Assembly (NCBI GenBank): GCA_963801605.1
Contig: CAWDFP010000006.1
Location: 928,001-992,000, forward strand
Origin: an uncultured candidate division Zixibacteria bacterium
GTDB lineage: Bacteria > Zixibacteria > MSB-5A5 > UBA10806
Direction of reading: 5' to 3'
Length of the DNA: 64,000 nt
The notes beneath the pieces were generated by a model, which was not told the DNA's origin, searched no databases, and worked only from the letters and a program-made list of their open reading frames with translations. Made by a program: the position numbers and the translations under genes. This document shows positions 40,552 to 51,081 of the stretch, piece after piece; position 1 is the first letter of the stretch; every line of letters starts with the position of its first letter.

Positions 40552-41709
40552 GTGCAAGATAAATCCAAAAGTTTATTGGTATTTCAGTTTGCCGTTTATG
40601 CGCTTGCAGTTACGGCTCCTCTATTACGAGCCTTAACTCAGGCACTGATAATTTCGGTTTTAATACTTGGAATTTGCCTCTGGATTCGACGCCAGAAAGC
40701 CCAGGTGTTGCCTCGCTGGGAATCGATTACCCTTATTATTTTCTTGGTGTTAATTATCGTCTCGGCTTTTGTCGGTGGGCTTAACATGTCGGGCCAGCAA
40801 ATGGGGAAGACCTTGGTTTTACTTGCTTTATTTCCCTTAATTGCCTATTCGGCGAATTTGTCAAAAAGAACGATTGTGGAATTGCTGCTTTGGGCAACAG
40901 TTATAGTTTCGGTGCTCGCAGTCTATAACTATTTCAAAGATAGTCTTGACCGGGCGGCGGCTCTTTCGAGCGGATATACAACCCTGGCTCTTTTTGAAGC
41001 TGCGATGCTTCCGTTGGGCTTAGTGTTTTTCTGGCAGGAACGGGGATTGAATAGATGGCTCTATGCCGGAGCTATCATAATAATGGCGCTGGGGCTTTTT
41101 TTGACGCAAACCAGATCCGGATGGCTGGCAGCGTTAATAGGTTTTGTAATCGTAGGATATTATCTCGCGAAAAAGGCAGCTGTTATCACGTTAATAGCCG
41201 TTCTGGCAATTGTGGCGATATTGCCTCAAACCAGATTTCTCATTGAAAAGAGGATTGGAAATGATAAGCCCGGAGGCTTTACCAGTGGCCGGGCGGTTCT
41301 CTGGAATTACGCTCTCACTCCTCTTTCGCATCTGCCCCCGATGGGATATGGCCCGGGAAGCTTTACCAGGCTGATGCCGCCGGAGGAGTTGAAAAAGACC
41401 GGCGATCTCAGCATAAGAAGCTGGCATTCGACGCCGCTTGAAATTTTGCTGGAATCCGGCCCTCTGGCGCTTTTGGCCTTTCTCATTTTCATGGGTTTTG
41501 CTATAGCGCGCTCCTGGCGGAGCTATTTTAGGGCTCAAACGCGGAATCCTATTTATTTGGGAATTTTCGCATCCCTCATAGTTTTGTATATTTCGAGCCT
41601 CACGACCAATATTTTCCGTGATTTAATGCTAACCGTGTGTCTGACGATCCTATTGTCGCTGGCTCTAAAACCGATTGAAATAATTGACGATATTCAGGTT
41701 TACCATTAA
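40552..41709 (+). CDS. O-antigen ligase (WaaL/Wzy_C) family membrane protein
   Basis: Multi-TM; LTQTRSGW, SGR..LW, GYGPG, H....ILLESG. Confidence 0.8.
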   Translation: MQDKSKSLLVFQFAVYALAVTAPLLRALTQALIISVLILGICLWIRRQKAQVLPRWESITLIIFLVLIIVSAFVGGLNMSGQQMGKTLVLLALFPLIAYSANLSKRTIVELLLWATVIVSVLAVYNYFKDSLDRAAALSSGYTTLALFEAAMLPLGLVFFWQERGLNRWLYAGAIIIMALGLFLTQTRSGWLAALIGFVIVGYYLAKKAAVITLIAVLAIVAILPQTRFLIEKRIGNDKPGGFTSGRAVLWNYALTPLSHLPPMGYGPGSFTRLMPPEELKKTGDLSIRSWHSTPLEILLESGPLALLAFLIFMGFAIARSWRSYFRAQTRNPIYLGIFASLIVLYISSLTTNIFRDLMLTVCLTILLSLALKPIEIIDDIQVYH

Positions 41710-41738
41710 AGTTATGATTGAAAGGTGATGATTGCAAA

Positions 41739-42260
41739 ATGAATACTGCTGTGCTACAGGTGGCGTCCCTCATGGAACTCGCGGCCAGAACCGCGCCCAA
41801 GACCAAAGGTGAAGATTTCGTGCAGGTTAAGATTGTTTCAGGTGATAAACTTCGAGAACTTGCCGATGGAATGGTTAAATTCGGAATTGAAAAAAAGAAG
41901 GCCAGATTTGATCGCGATGGCGGCAATGTTGCATCCTCGAATGCCGTGCTTCTGATTGGCCTCAAGGATGCCTTAGCCGCAGGGCTTGATTGCGGCGCTT
42001 GCGGTTTTCCAAATTGCGAGGCTTTAAAGGCGGCCAGGCCGGTGGATACCGAATTTAAGGGTCCAATCTGTGCCTATCGGCATATCGATCTGGGAATCGC
42101 GATTGGCTCGGCGGTCAAAACGGCCCAGATTTTTAACGTCGATAACCGGGTTATGTATCGTGTTGGAGCGGCTGCACGCTGGATGGGTCTGGTCGATTGG
42201 GATTATGTTTTGGGTATTCCTCTATCGGCAACAGGAAAAAGCCCCTTTTTCGACCGTTAA
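41739..42260 (+). CDS. Ferredoxin-domain protein (DUF2148)
   Basis: AARTAPK.KG, DCGACG...C, GPIC...DLGIAIGSA, VDNRVMY. Confidence 0.85.
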   Translation: MNTAVLQVASLMELAARTAPKTKGEDFVQVKIVSGDKLRELADGMVKFGIEKKKARFDRDGGNVASSNAVLLIGLKDALAAGLDCGACGFPNCEALKAARPVDTEFKGPICAYRHIDLGIAIGSAVKTAQIFNVDNRVMYRVGAAARWMGLVDWDYVLGIPLSATGKSPFFDR

Positions 42261-42311
42261 AGAGAACAAAATTGCCCATGAGGGGTTTAAGCACTTGGAA
42301 GGTTTATAACC

Positions 42312-42339
42312 TTGACGAGGGCGGGATTCTTGTTATATT
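42312..42339 (+). promoter_or_regulatory. Sigma70 promoter for rplU-bamA-skp-lpxD
   Basis: TTGACG-16bp-TATATT with extended -10 TG. Confidence 0.55.
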
Positions 42340-42385
42340 TAAGGTTTTCTGATCCCGGTAGGAATTGATACTGACAGGAGGAATG

Positions 42386-42697
42386 ATGCGCGCAATAATA
42401 GAAACGAACGGAACCCAGGTAGCGGTTGAGCCAAACGCCAAACTCAAGGTTCCTTGTCTCAAGGCCGAAGTCGGCAAAGAGATTAATTTCGATAAAGTTT
42501 TGCTTATCTCCGATGGCGCCACGCCTATTGTAGGCAAACCATATATCGAGGGCGCCAATGTCACGGCCGAAGTTGTAGGTCATGGTAAAGGTGATAAAAT
42601 CGTGGTTTTCAAGTTTAAGAGACGTACTAAATATCGTCGCACAACCGGCCACCGCCAGGAATATACCGAAATCCTCGTAAAGAAGATTACGCATTGA
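42386..42697 (+). CDS. rplU: 50S ribosomal protein L21
   Basis: AIIET.G.Q, GKPYIEGA.V.AEV, KIVVFKFKRR..YRR..GHRQ.YT. Confidence 0.95.
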   Translation: MRAIIETNGTQVAVEPNAKLKVPCLKAEVGKEINFDKVLLISDGATPIVGKPYIEGANVTAEVVGHGKGDKIVVFKFKRRTKYRRTTGHRQEYTEILVKKITH

Positions 42698-45000
42698 TTA
42701 ACCGATTCCTTGCCATACTAATTCTACTTTGCACTGCCGCTATTTCCGAGGCTCAGGATAATAAAATCCCGATGCCCGGGGCTGGCTCCGACGTTTGGGG
42801 CAAGTCGGTAGCGGGGGTTAAAGTCGACGGAATACAAAGCGCTGATACTTTTCTTGTTATAAACTCTTCCGGTATCGTTATTGGCGATCAGTTATCTCCC
42901 GGGATAATACAGGACGCTGTCAAGGGCGTTTATGCATTGGGGCTCTTTTCCGACGTTCAAATCGATACCGAGCCGGCCAGAAACGGGATCGATGTAACAA
43001 TAAAAGTCACTGAATATCCGAAACTCAGCAAGCTTAGCGTTACCGGCAATAAAAAAATCAAGACCAAAAAAATCAAAGAGAGCCTGACTCTCTTCGAGGG
43101 CAGATTGGTCACCCCTGAAGCGATTAAGAATAATATCGAAAAAATCAAATCGCTTTACTCCGATAAGGGGTTCCTTATGGTCGATGTCGATATCAAGCAA
43201 ACCCCGATTGAGGGTTCTCCCGGGCAAGTCGATGTTACCATGAATATCTCTGAAGGCGGAAAAGTAAAGATCGAGGCTATTACCTTTCAGGGAAATAAGC
43301 ATTTTTCTGCCGGGAAACTCCGCCATCAGATGTCGACCAAAGAGAAATCGTTTTTCCGCGGCGGCAACTTTAGCCGCGAAAAATATGTCGAAGATAAAGA
43401 TAAAATCATCGCTTTCTATAAAAATCAGGGTTTTATCGACGCCGTAGTGACCGGGGATTCCCTCTGGTACAATTCCGATAAAACCAGAATGTTTATTCAT
43501 CTCAATCTTAAAGAAGGCAGCCGTTATTATTTTGGTAATGTTACCTGGGACGGAAACAAGATATTAAGTGATCAGCGGATTAAAAAGACCATTCAATTTG
43601 ATCCGGGCAAGATTTATAATCAGAAAAAATATGATGAATCGATTGCCAAGCTTCACGAGACTTATCAGGATGAAGGTTATTGGTACGCCCAGGTTGACGA
43701 AAAAAACGTTCCCCAGGGCGACACAGTTAATTTTCATTGGGCTATTGCTGAGGGCAATCCGGTACACGTCCGCCTGGTAAATATCGAGGGTAATACCAAG
43801 ACCCGCGAGAAAGTAATCAGGCGCGAACTGACAGTATTGCCCGGAACCGTTTTCAAGCGATCCGTATTGGGCAGATCTCTTCGCGATTTGATGATCACCA
43901 ATTTCTACGCCAACGCCGAGCCCAATTGGGATATCCTGCCCAACGGCGATATTGATCTTAAAATCAAGGTAACCGAAAAGGAAACCGGGCAATTCTCGGT
44001 AGGGGCCGGATATTCGCAGGTCGATAAACTCACAGGCACGGTGGGAGTGGGAATTCCAAATATTTTCGGCACCGGACAAACTGCATCGCTCGACGTGCAA
44101 TTTGGGCAAACCACCAACAATTTTGATTTCAGTTATATGGAGCCCTGGTTTTTGGATACCCCCACCTCGCTTTCGGGAAGCGCTTATTTTACGAAACGCC
44201 AATGGTACTCGCTTTACGATCAGCATAACGAGGGTGGTACATTTCAGGTTGGACGCCGTCTTCGTTGGCCCGATAACTATTTCCGTATATATGGATCTTA
44301 CGCCCTGGATCGATTGCGCTATTCTGCTATCGTAGATACTAACTATGCCAAGCTTCTCAACCAGAACTGGCTGACTCAATCATCGATAACGCTGACGATC
44401 GTTCGTGATTCGCGCGATTTACCGCAGTTTGCTACCAAGGGATCGGTGCTTACCAGCCAAACAGATTTGTCGGGTACGTTTTTGGGCGGAAACTGGAATT
44501 ATTTTAAGCAGCAATTTATTGCGGAATATTATAAAAAGGTGTTCTGGAAATTTGTGATCATGGGCCGTGCCAAGTTTGGTTCGATGGGCGGCATCTATCA
44601 CGGCGATAAAGATCTTCCCTATGGCCAGAAATTCTCGCCCGGAGGAGTTGATCCCGATGGCACTATCAGAGGCTATGACGATGGCCTGGTGGGCCCCTAC
44701 GATTCAAATGGCACATTCCTGCGAGGACGATTCGATCTAATCTACAACCTCGAATTGACTATTCCCATATCGGATCAGCAATTCTATATCATTTTATTCG
44801 CCGACGCTGGAAATTCTTACCGGACAAGAAGTGATATCCATCTCTTCAGGGATTATAAGCGCTCATTTGGACCCGGCTTCCGCATCCTCATTCCGATGGT
44901 AGGAATTATGGGATTTGATTTTGGATATCCTCTTGATAGCGTCAACGGATCGAAAAAGGGAGTGTGGAAAACTCATTTCCAGATTGGCAGAGGCTTCTAA
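42694..45000 (+). CDS. bamA: Outer membrane protein assembly factor BamA
   Basis: POTRA repeats, GNTKTR..VIRRE, IRGY motif, C-terminal FQIGRGF. Confidence 0.95.
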   Translation: MINRFLAILILLCTAAISEAQDNKIPMPGAGSDVWGKSVAGVKVDGIQSADTFLVINSSGIVIGDQLSPGIIQDAVKGVYALGLFSDVQIDTEPARNGIDVTIKVTEYPKLSKLSVTGNKKIKTKKIKESLTLFEGRLVTPEAIKNNIEKIKSLYSDKGFLMVDVDIKQTPIEGSPGQVDVTMNISEGGKVKIEAITFQGNKHFSAGKLRHQMSTKEKSFFRGGNFSREKYVEDKDKIIAFYKNQGFIDAVVTGDSLWYNSDKTRMFIHLNLKEGSRYYFGNVTWDGNKILSDQRIKKTIQFDPGKIYNQKKYDESIAKLHETYQDEGYWYAQVDEKNVPQGDTVNFHWAIAEGNPVHVRLVNIEGNTKTREKVIRRELTVLPGTVFKRSVLGRSLRDLMITNFYANAEPNWDILPNGDIDLKIKVTEKETGQFSVGAGYSQVDKLTGTVGVGIPNIFGTGQTASLDVQFGQTTNNFDFSYMEPWFLDTPTSLSGSAYFTKRQWYSLYDQHNEGGTFQVGRRLRWPDNYFRIYGSYALDRLRYSAIVDTNYAKLLNQNWLTQSSITLTIVRDSRDLPQFATKGSVLTSQTDLSGTFLGGNWNYFKQQFIAEYYKKVFWKFVIMGRAKFGSMGGIYHGDKDLPYGQKFSPGGVDPDGTIRGYDDGLVGPYDSNGTFLRGRFDLIYNLELTIPISDQQFYIILFADAGNSYRTRSDIHLFRDYKRSFGPGFRILIPMVGIMGFDFGYPLDSVNGSKKGVWKTHFQIGRGF

Positions 45001-45035
45001 TTTAGTCAGATTAATATTATCTATAAGGAGAATTT

Positions 45036-45551
45036 ATGAGGCATTTATTTTTAGCGGTTGGCTTGATGCTCGTTGCTGCTTTTCCCGCGCTGGCTCAGCA
45101 GAAGATTGGTTACGTAGATTCCCAGAAAATCTTCGCTCAGTCTCCGGAATATCAGGAGGCTCAGGCTAAGTTTGATAAAGAAGTCGAAGATTGGAATACC
45201 CAGGCCGGCGCTATGAATGACGAAGTTGAAAAGCTAAAAGAGGATCAACAAAAGAACTCGCTGGTTTGGTCCCAGGCCAAAAAGAAAGAAGCCGATGATA
45301 AGCTCAAGGCTAAACAGGACACTTTGCAGCAATATCTCGATTCCACTTTCGGGGCTAATGGCAAAGCTGAAAAAAGAATGGCCGAGCTTTCCAAACCAAT
45401 TAAGGATAAAATCGTCGGGGCTATTAAAAAAGTCGCTATTGAAAACGATTTCGAAATGGTGTTGGATGCTGCCAACGTAAGCATCGCTTACGCCAAGGAA
45501 AGCCTCGATATAACTGATGACGTCATAGCAGAGCTGGCTAAAGAGAAATAA
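45036..45551 (+). CDS. skp: Skp/OmpH periplasmic chaperone
   Basis: KIGYVDSQKI, helical body, LDITDDV; downstream of bamA. Confidence 0.92.
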   Translation: MRHLFLAVGLMLVAAFPALAQQKIGYVDSQKIFAQSPEYQEAQAKFDKEVEDWNTQAGAMNDEVEKLKEDQQKNSLVWSQAKKKEADDKLKAKQDTLQQYLDSTFGANGKAEKRMAELSKPIKDKIVGAIKKVAIENDFEMVLDAANVSIAYAKESLDITDDVIAELAKEK

Positions 45552-45554
45552 CCG

Positions 45555-46574
45555 ATGCAATTTCATCTGGGAGAACTTGCCCAAAAGATCGGAGCCGAAC
45601 TCAACGGCAGCTCCGATCTCGTCATTTTCGGCCTGGCAACTCTTGAAGATGCCAAAGCAGGCGAACTCTCTTATGTGGCCACTCCCAAGTTTAGAAAAAT
45701 AGCCGAATCGAGCAAAGCCTCAGCGCTTATCGCCTATCCCGGATTTGATGACAAGACCAGGCCGCTCCTTTTAATGAAAAATCCTTATCTGGGATTTGCC
45801 CTGGCCATGCGAATATTCTATCGGCTCTATCCACAGGCGGAGCCTGGAATCGAATCATCTGCTATGATTGCCAATGATGTTTCTGTGCCGAAAAGTGCCC
45901 ATATCGGGCATAACGCTGTGATTTCAAAAGGGGTAAAACTTGGCGAAGGCGTGGCGATACTTCCAGGTGTTTTTATCGGCGAAAACACCACAATCGGGGA
46001 AAAGTCCTATATATTTTCCAATGTCACTATCAGGGAAAATATAAGAATCGGAAATAACGTCGTTATCTATCCCAATGCCGTTATCGGCTCCGACGGTTTC
46101 GGCTATTGTTGGGATGGCAATCATCATATTAAAATTCCCCAGGCGGGCACTGTTATTATTGAAGATGATGTTGAGATCGGGGCCGGCACAACTATCGATA
46201 GAGCTACCCTTGGCGAAACTATCATCGGCCGCGGGACCATAATAGATAATCTGGTACAAATAGCTCATAACTGCAAGATCGGGGAATATTCAGTAATTTG
46301 TGCTCAGGTCGGTCTGGCCGGAACTACGACGCTTAACCGTCATGTAACCTTGGCAGGTCAGGTGGGCGTAGCCGGGCATTTAACGATAGGAGACAACGCT
46401 ATAATTGAGGCCCAATCAGGGGTGCCCGGCGATGTGCCCGCGGGCGAAGTCCATTTTGGCTATCCCGCCCGGGAGTTCAGGCAGGCGCATAAAATCAACG
46501 CTATTATAGCCCGTTTGCCGGAATATATCGCTCGTCTCAGGAAACTCGAATCGAATATTAAGAAAGACGATTAA
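45555..46574 (+). CDS. lpxD: UDP-3-O-acylglucosamine N-acyltransferase
   Basis: Hexapeptide repeats, [22 protein letters not shown]. Confidence 0.95.
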   Translation: MQFHLGELAQKIGAELNGSSDLVIFGLATLEDAKAGELSYVATPKFRKIAESSKASALIAYPGFDDKTRPLLLMKNPYLGFALAMRIFYRLYPQAEPGIESSAMIANDVSVPKSAHIGHNAVISKGVKLGEGVAILPGVFIGENTTIGEKSYIFSNVTIRENIRIGNNVVIYPNAVIGSDGFGYCWDGNHHIKIPQAGTVIIEDDVEIGAGTTIDRATLGETIIGRGTIIDNLVQIAHNCKIGEYSVICAQVGLAGTTTLNRHVTLAGQVGVAGHLTIGDNAIIEAQSGVPGDVPAGEVHFGYPAREFRQAHKINAIIARLPEYIARLRKLESNIKKDD

Positions 46575-46653
46575 CCGCCTACGGGGGAACCATTTCCCAT
46601 CGCCTTTCGTTTCTATTTTGTAATGTTGTTTTGATTTAAGAAAGGAAGTTGTA

Positions 46654-46989
46654 ATGTCCAAGATCATCGAAATTGATGAATCCAATTTTGAAACCGAAGT
46701 TAAGAAATCCGAGATGCCCGTCATGATAGATTTTTGGGCTACCTGGTGCGGTCCCTGCAAGATGATTGCTCCGCATGTAGAAGAGGCCTCCAATATTTAC
46801 TCTGGCAAGCTTAAAGTCGGTAAAATCGACGTTGATAATAATCAGCAAATTGCATCGCAATACTCGATCATGTCCATCCCGGCAGTGATGTTCTTTAAAA
46901 ATGGCGCGGTGGTGGATCAGATAATCGGGGCCGTACCCAAAAAGGCTCTTTTCGAAAGAATTGACAGGATTCTATCGCGTGAAGGCTGA
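46654..46989 (+). CDS. trxA: Thioredoxin
   Basis: WATWCGPC. Confidence 0.97.
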   Translation: MSKIIEIDESNFETEVKKSEMPVMIDFWATWCGPCKMIAPHVEEASNIYSGKLKVGKIDVDNNQQIASQYSIMSIPAVMFFKNGAVVDQIIGAVPKKALFERIDRILSREG

Positions 46990-46996
46990 ACCTAAA

Positions 46997-47401
46997 ATGA
47001 TTGATATCATCGATCGCATCTTAGGCGAGTCGCATACGATAGCCGTAGTGGGGCTATCCAATAAACCCGAACGTGCCAGTTATGACGTTGCTAAATACCT
47101 GCAATCTCATGGATATAAAATTATCCCGGTAAACCCGATGCTTACCGAAGTACTTGGAGAGAAATCATATCCAAATCTGGTATCGGTGCCGGATAAGATC
47201 GATGTAGTCGATATCTTCCGTAAGAGCGACGAAGTCGAACCGATCGTTGACGAGGCCATTAAAAAGGGCGCCAAGGTAGTCTGGATGCAGCTCGGAGTTG
47301 TAAACGATCAAGCTACTCAAAAAGCAAAGGCCGCCGGGCTGGAGGTGATCATGGATCACTGCATGAAACATGAGCATCACATTCGTCATGGCGAGGAATA
47401 A
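46997..47401 (+). CDS. CoA-binding protein (YccU-like)
   Basis: IAVVGLS.KP.R.S, IIPVNP, DVVDIFR, VWMQLG. Confidence 0.9.
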   Translation: MIDIIDRILGESHTIAVVGLSNKPERASYDVAKYLQSHGYKIIPVNPMLTEVLGEKSYPNLVSVPDKIDVVDIFRKSDEVEPIVDEAIKKGAKVVWMQLGVVNDQATQKAKAAGLEVIMDHCMKHEHHIRHGEE

Positions 47402-47441
47402 ATTTGGCGAGTTGACAATAATACACCAATAATAAAAATTT

Positions 47442-47472
47442 AGGCGACTTTCCCTTAAGTCGTCTTTTTTTT
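47442..47472 (+). terminator. Intrinsic terminator
   Basis: AGGCGACTT-tccctt-AAGTCGTCT then T tract. Confidence 0.75.
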
Positions 47473-47616
47473 CGATTACGATAGGTTTCATTCGGAAATG
47501 GGTGCTATGAAAGGTTACGAATTATGTCATTTTTTATAACGCTTGCCCAAAATTTGCCGATGGTATATATTATTGGGCACATGTAAAACGAACAGAAAAA
47601 TTACATTTGGTGAACG

Positions 47617-48090
47617 ATGAAAATCAAAGAACCCTACAAAAAGATTCCTAAAGTCGTCGGAGCTACCATAGAGTGGAATGGCAAAATGGGTTTCAAATGC
47701 CAATCCGATTCCGGACATGAGGTTATCGTCGATGCCTCGCGCGCGCACGGCGGCGATGATTCCGGCGCCAGGCCGATGGAGTTTCTGCTGTTTTCCCTTT
47801 CAGGCTGCACGGGCATGGATGTAACCATGATCTTGAAGAAAAAGAAACGCGACCTGCAAGGCCTGAAAATCAAGGTTCACGGTCAGAGAGCTCCCAATCA
47901 CCCGCACGTCTATGAAGCGATAACTCTGGAATATATTGTAACAGGTTCTGATTTGACTGATGATGATATCCGCTGGGCAATCGATCTTTCTCTCGATAAA
48001 TACTGTTCCGTGGCAGGCATGCTAAAGAAGATCTGCAAGCTTAATTATCGCTGGAAGATTATCAAAAGCCCGCCCGGAGGCTCGGCATGA
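47617..48090 (+). CDS. OsmC/YhfA family protein
   Basis: GARPME.LL.SL.GCTGMDV, KYCSV. Confidence 0.9.
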   Translation: MKIKEPYKKIPKVVGATIEWNGKMGFKCQSDSGHEVIVDASRAHGGDDSGARPMEFLLFSLSGCTGMDVTMILKKKKRDLQGLKIKVHGQRAPNHPHVYEAITLEYIVTGSDLTDDDIRWAIDLSLDKYCSVAGMLKKICKLNYRWKIIKSPPGGSA

Positions 48091-48923
48091 ACAGCTACGG
48101 ACCGCAGGGCGGCAGTTATTTTGACCGCTACAGCGGCCTTTTTCCTCCCGCCATCAAATGGCTTCTGATCGCCAACGCGGCCATGTTTTTTGCGCCGCGT
48201 ATCCTCTTTGCCGATCTCGAACCGTTCCATAGATTATTAGGTTTGGTCCCGGGATTAGTATGGGGCAAGGCATTTGTCTGGCAGCTTGTCACCTACATGT
48301 TTCTGCATGGCAGTTTTTGGCATATCCTCATGAATATGTTTATCCTCTGGATGTTCGGCGCCGAGTTGGAGCGTACCTGGGGCAGCCGCGAATTTACCAA
48401 GTTTTACTTTGTAGCCGGGATCGGGGCAGGGGTCATCAATGTCCTTTTTGCGGCTCTCAGACCATCAATGGCAAATGTGCCTATTATCGGAGCTTCGGGT
48501 GCAATCTATGGCCTTCTGGTCGCTTATGCCATGCTCTTCCCCGAACGTTATGTTTATGTCTACTTCTTGATTCCCGTAAAGGTCAAATATCTGGTTATGT
48601 TTCTGGTGGCGATCGAATTTTTCTCTACCTACCAACCGGATGGTGTCGCTCATTTCGCCCATCTTGGCGGCGCTTTGGTGGGATTTCTCTATTTGAGATA
48701 CGATCTCAGATGGCGGCTCAATCGCTGGTCGCCGCTCGATTTCTACCAGCGGATAAAAGCTGAGGCCATGGCCAAGAAGAGGCAGGAAGGCCTCAAGCTA
48801 ATGGACGAGGTTGATGCTATTCTCGATAAGATCAATCAGGTCGGTTACGACAATCTTTCAAAAAAAGAAAAGAAGATATTAGAGAAGGCTTCCGATAAAT
48901 TATCCAAGCATGAACAAAAGTAA
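48087..48923 (+). CDS. Rhomboid intramembrane serine protease
   Basis: WQLVTYMFLH, HILMNM, GASG, AHLGG; C-terminal DAILDKI...G...LS..EK tail. Confidence 0.92.
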   Translation: MNSYGPQGGSYFDRYSGLFPPAIKWLLIANAAMFFAPRILFADLEPFHRLLGLVPGLVWGKAFVWQLVTYMFLHGSFWHILMNMFILWMFGAELERTWGSREFTKFYFVAGIGAGVINVLFAALRPSMANVPIIGASGAIYGLLVAYAMLFPERYVYVYFLIPVKVKYLVMFLVAIEFFSTYQPDGVAHFAHLGGALVGFLYLRYDLRWRLNRWSPLDFYQRIKAEAMAKKRQEGLKLMDEVDAILDKINQVGYDNLSKKEKKILEKASDKLSKHEQK

Positions 48924-48992
48924 TGCTTAAGTGCCCGGTCAAATGGCCGATGATAATATTGCGCCATAGGTTTTAACCTCAGTGGAGGATTG

Positions 48993-50066
48993 ATGAAAAA
49001 GGTAGTAGTGGCCGAGGCCTCTCCCACCATAAAAAGCGTAGCCGATTCGCTTTTAAGGCAGATCGGGTTCGACGTAGTATGCACATCCGACGGGCTTCAA
49101 GCCTGGGAGGTTATCTCTGCCGAGAGACCAGACCTGGTCTTGGTAGGCCAGGGGCTTTCAGGTCTATCGGGTCTGGAGCTATGCAGTCAAATAGCATCCG
49201 ACCGCCTCACTGGAGGTATTCCAGTTGTTCTAATGATTGGCGCCAAAGACGCCATCACTGAGGAACAAATTCTTGCTTCCGGAGCCCGCGGTAAGCTGCG
49301 AAAGCCCTTTTCGCCAAAAGATTTATTAGATGTAGCTGAACGTCTGGCAGGCCAGGGACCAGTTTTGGCGCCGAAAATTCCGGTCGTCAAAGCTCAACCG
49401 GAGACCAAATATAATTCTCAAGTCTCTTCTACTCAACACCTTCACGAAAAGAAGGAACCTTATAATCTGGGATGGCTGGATTTAAGTGAAAGTAATCCAA
49501 CCAGCTCAATTTCAAAAGTAGTCAGTTTTGATCTCGGCGCTGATGACCAGAGCCTGATTATCGACGATGATCAGTACGGTCTGGCCAATCCCCAACCTCC
49601 GCCAGTGGAAGAAACTATTCAATCGCAGCCAACTCCAGTAGAAAAGGATGAGGATTACGAGTGGTTTTTGGGCGAGTTTAAGAAAGAAATGGAGGGTAAG
49701 GCAAAATTGGAGAATCAAATCGAACCTAACCCTGCTCGTGCGTCTGCATCGTCATTATCCGCTAATTCAACTCCTGAAAAAATCAAGTTTGATGACATTA
49801 TTTCCGCCGATGAACCTCATAATTCTGTCACCAGTCCTAAGATCCGCGATGCATCGTTGCCAATTTCCCAAAATTCTTCGAGCAAGCCGAAAGTTGGCGA
49901 TTCTTCCGCCAAAATCGAATCCGAATCTCCCGGCCAGGCTAGAAAGTTGTCGGAAGAAGAAATCGCCATGATGGCCGATAGGATTGCCTTGAGATTGGCC
50001 GCTTATTTGGCATCCAAACTTGATAAAAATTTGATAATCGAGGCAATCAGAGCAGCATTCAAATAA
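48993..50066 (+). CDS. Atypical response regulator (pseudo-receiver + disordered linker + C-terminal helix)
   Basis: REC fold with KPF but AEA and DLVLVG in place of the acidic pocket and phospho-Asp. Confidence 0.75.
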   Translation: MKKVVVAEASPTIKSVADSLLRQIGFDVVCTSDGLQAWEVISAERPDLVLVGQGLSGLSGLELCSQIASDRLTGGIPVVLMIGAKDAITEEQILASGARGKLRKPFSPKDLLDVAERLAGQGPVLAPKIPVVKAQPETKYNSQVSSTQHLHEKKEPYNLGWLDLSESNPTSSISKVVSFDLGADDQSLIIDDDQYGLANPQPPPVEETIQSQPTPVEKDEDYEWFLGEFKKEMEGKAKLENQIEPNPARASASSLSANSTPEKIKFDDIISADEPHNSVTSPKIRDASLPISQNSSSKPKVGDSSAKIESESPGQARKLSEEEIAMMADRIALRLAAYLASKLDKNLIIEAIRAAFK

Positions 50067-50286
50067 AAAATCTTGTTAGCAGTACGCGATAGTCCCCGGA
50101 GTCTAATAAATTCCCCCCGTATTTGTCTTGATATATTCCGTGGTGTTTGCCCCAAAACAATTTCTTTCTTGCGTTCACGAATTTGAGTCTTATCTTAATA
50201 TAAGACATTGATAATTGATATTACCAGGAGCAGCAATGCACTTGTTTTTATGATCTTCTGCTGCAAATTTCCATAGGCACAGCTAT

Positions 50287-51081
50287 GTGCAGTCAAATAA
50301 TATTGCAAAGAAGGTAGGACGGGCGGTAATTAGGAATGCCCGCATCCCGTTGTTTATGAAAAGCGGTAATGCAATTTGCATATTGGCGAAAAATCCTCGA
50401 ACCGGACTGGTTAAGAACGGCCTGGAATGTTTGATAGGCGACAAGCAGGCGGCTCTCTTGGCCCGCGCCCTATTGTTTGACGTTATCGCCGCTTCGCTTA
50501 AAATCCCCAAATGTGACGTTTATATCGCTCACTGGCCGCCGGACAGTGCAAAGGATTTCGAAAATATCCTTTACCTGTTTAAATCCGAAGAAAAAAATAA
50601 AAAAATTGCCCAACGATCCGACGATATAATGCTTATTCCGCAACGAGGTGAAAAAATCTGCGAGAGAATGGCGAACATTTTTGATGCCCTGTTTAAAATG
50701 GGTAACGACAAAATACTATTTGTTTGTTCGGATAATCCGCTTTTAGACCCGATGATCTTCAAAATTGCCTTTGAGCTTCTAAAAGAGAACCGGGCGGTTC
50801 TGGGTCCCACTTTTGACGGTGGTTTTTATATTCTTGGTTTTAGCAATTGCATTCCGGGGATATTTGATAATATAAATTGGGTGCCGGGCAATGTATATCG
50901 AGAACTTAAGACCAGGTTCGAGGCCGGCGGTTTCCCCTGGCAAGAACTTGAGTTGTCTTATGATATCGACCGCCCTGAAGAGCTCGAACAGCTTTATAAC
51001 GATATCGATACACTGCGCTTAACCGGTATAAACGATTTAGGATACCATACTGAAAAATGCCTCGAAAATCTAAAGAAATAG
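50287..51081 (+). CDS. DUF2064/TIGR04282-like GT-A fold transferase
   Basis: AKNP..G.VK, PQRG..I.ERM, SDNP, LGPTFDGGFY, DIDRPE; true start may be downstream (MKSGNA). Confidence 0.75.
   Translation: MQSNNIAKKVGRAVIRNARIPLFMKSGNAICILAKNPRTGLVKNGLECLIGDKQAALLARALLFDVIAASLKIPKCDVYIAHWPPDSAKDFENILYLFKSEEKNKKIAQRSDDIMLIPQRGEKICERMANIFDALFKMGNDKILFVCSDNPLLDPMIFKIAFELLKENRAVLGPTFDGGFYILGFSNCIPGIFDNINWVPGNVYRELKTRFEAGGFPWQELELSYDIDRPEELEQLYNDIDTLRLTGINDLGYHTEKCLENLKK

Noticed and set aside
50226..50253. Tiny uORF MHLFL with an AGGAG SD upstream of the DUF2064 gene
   Set aside because: Too short to support; no terminator follows and it may be chance
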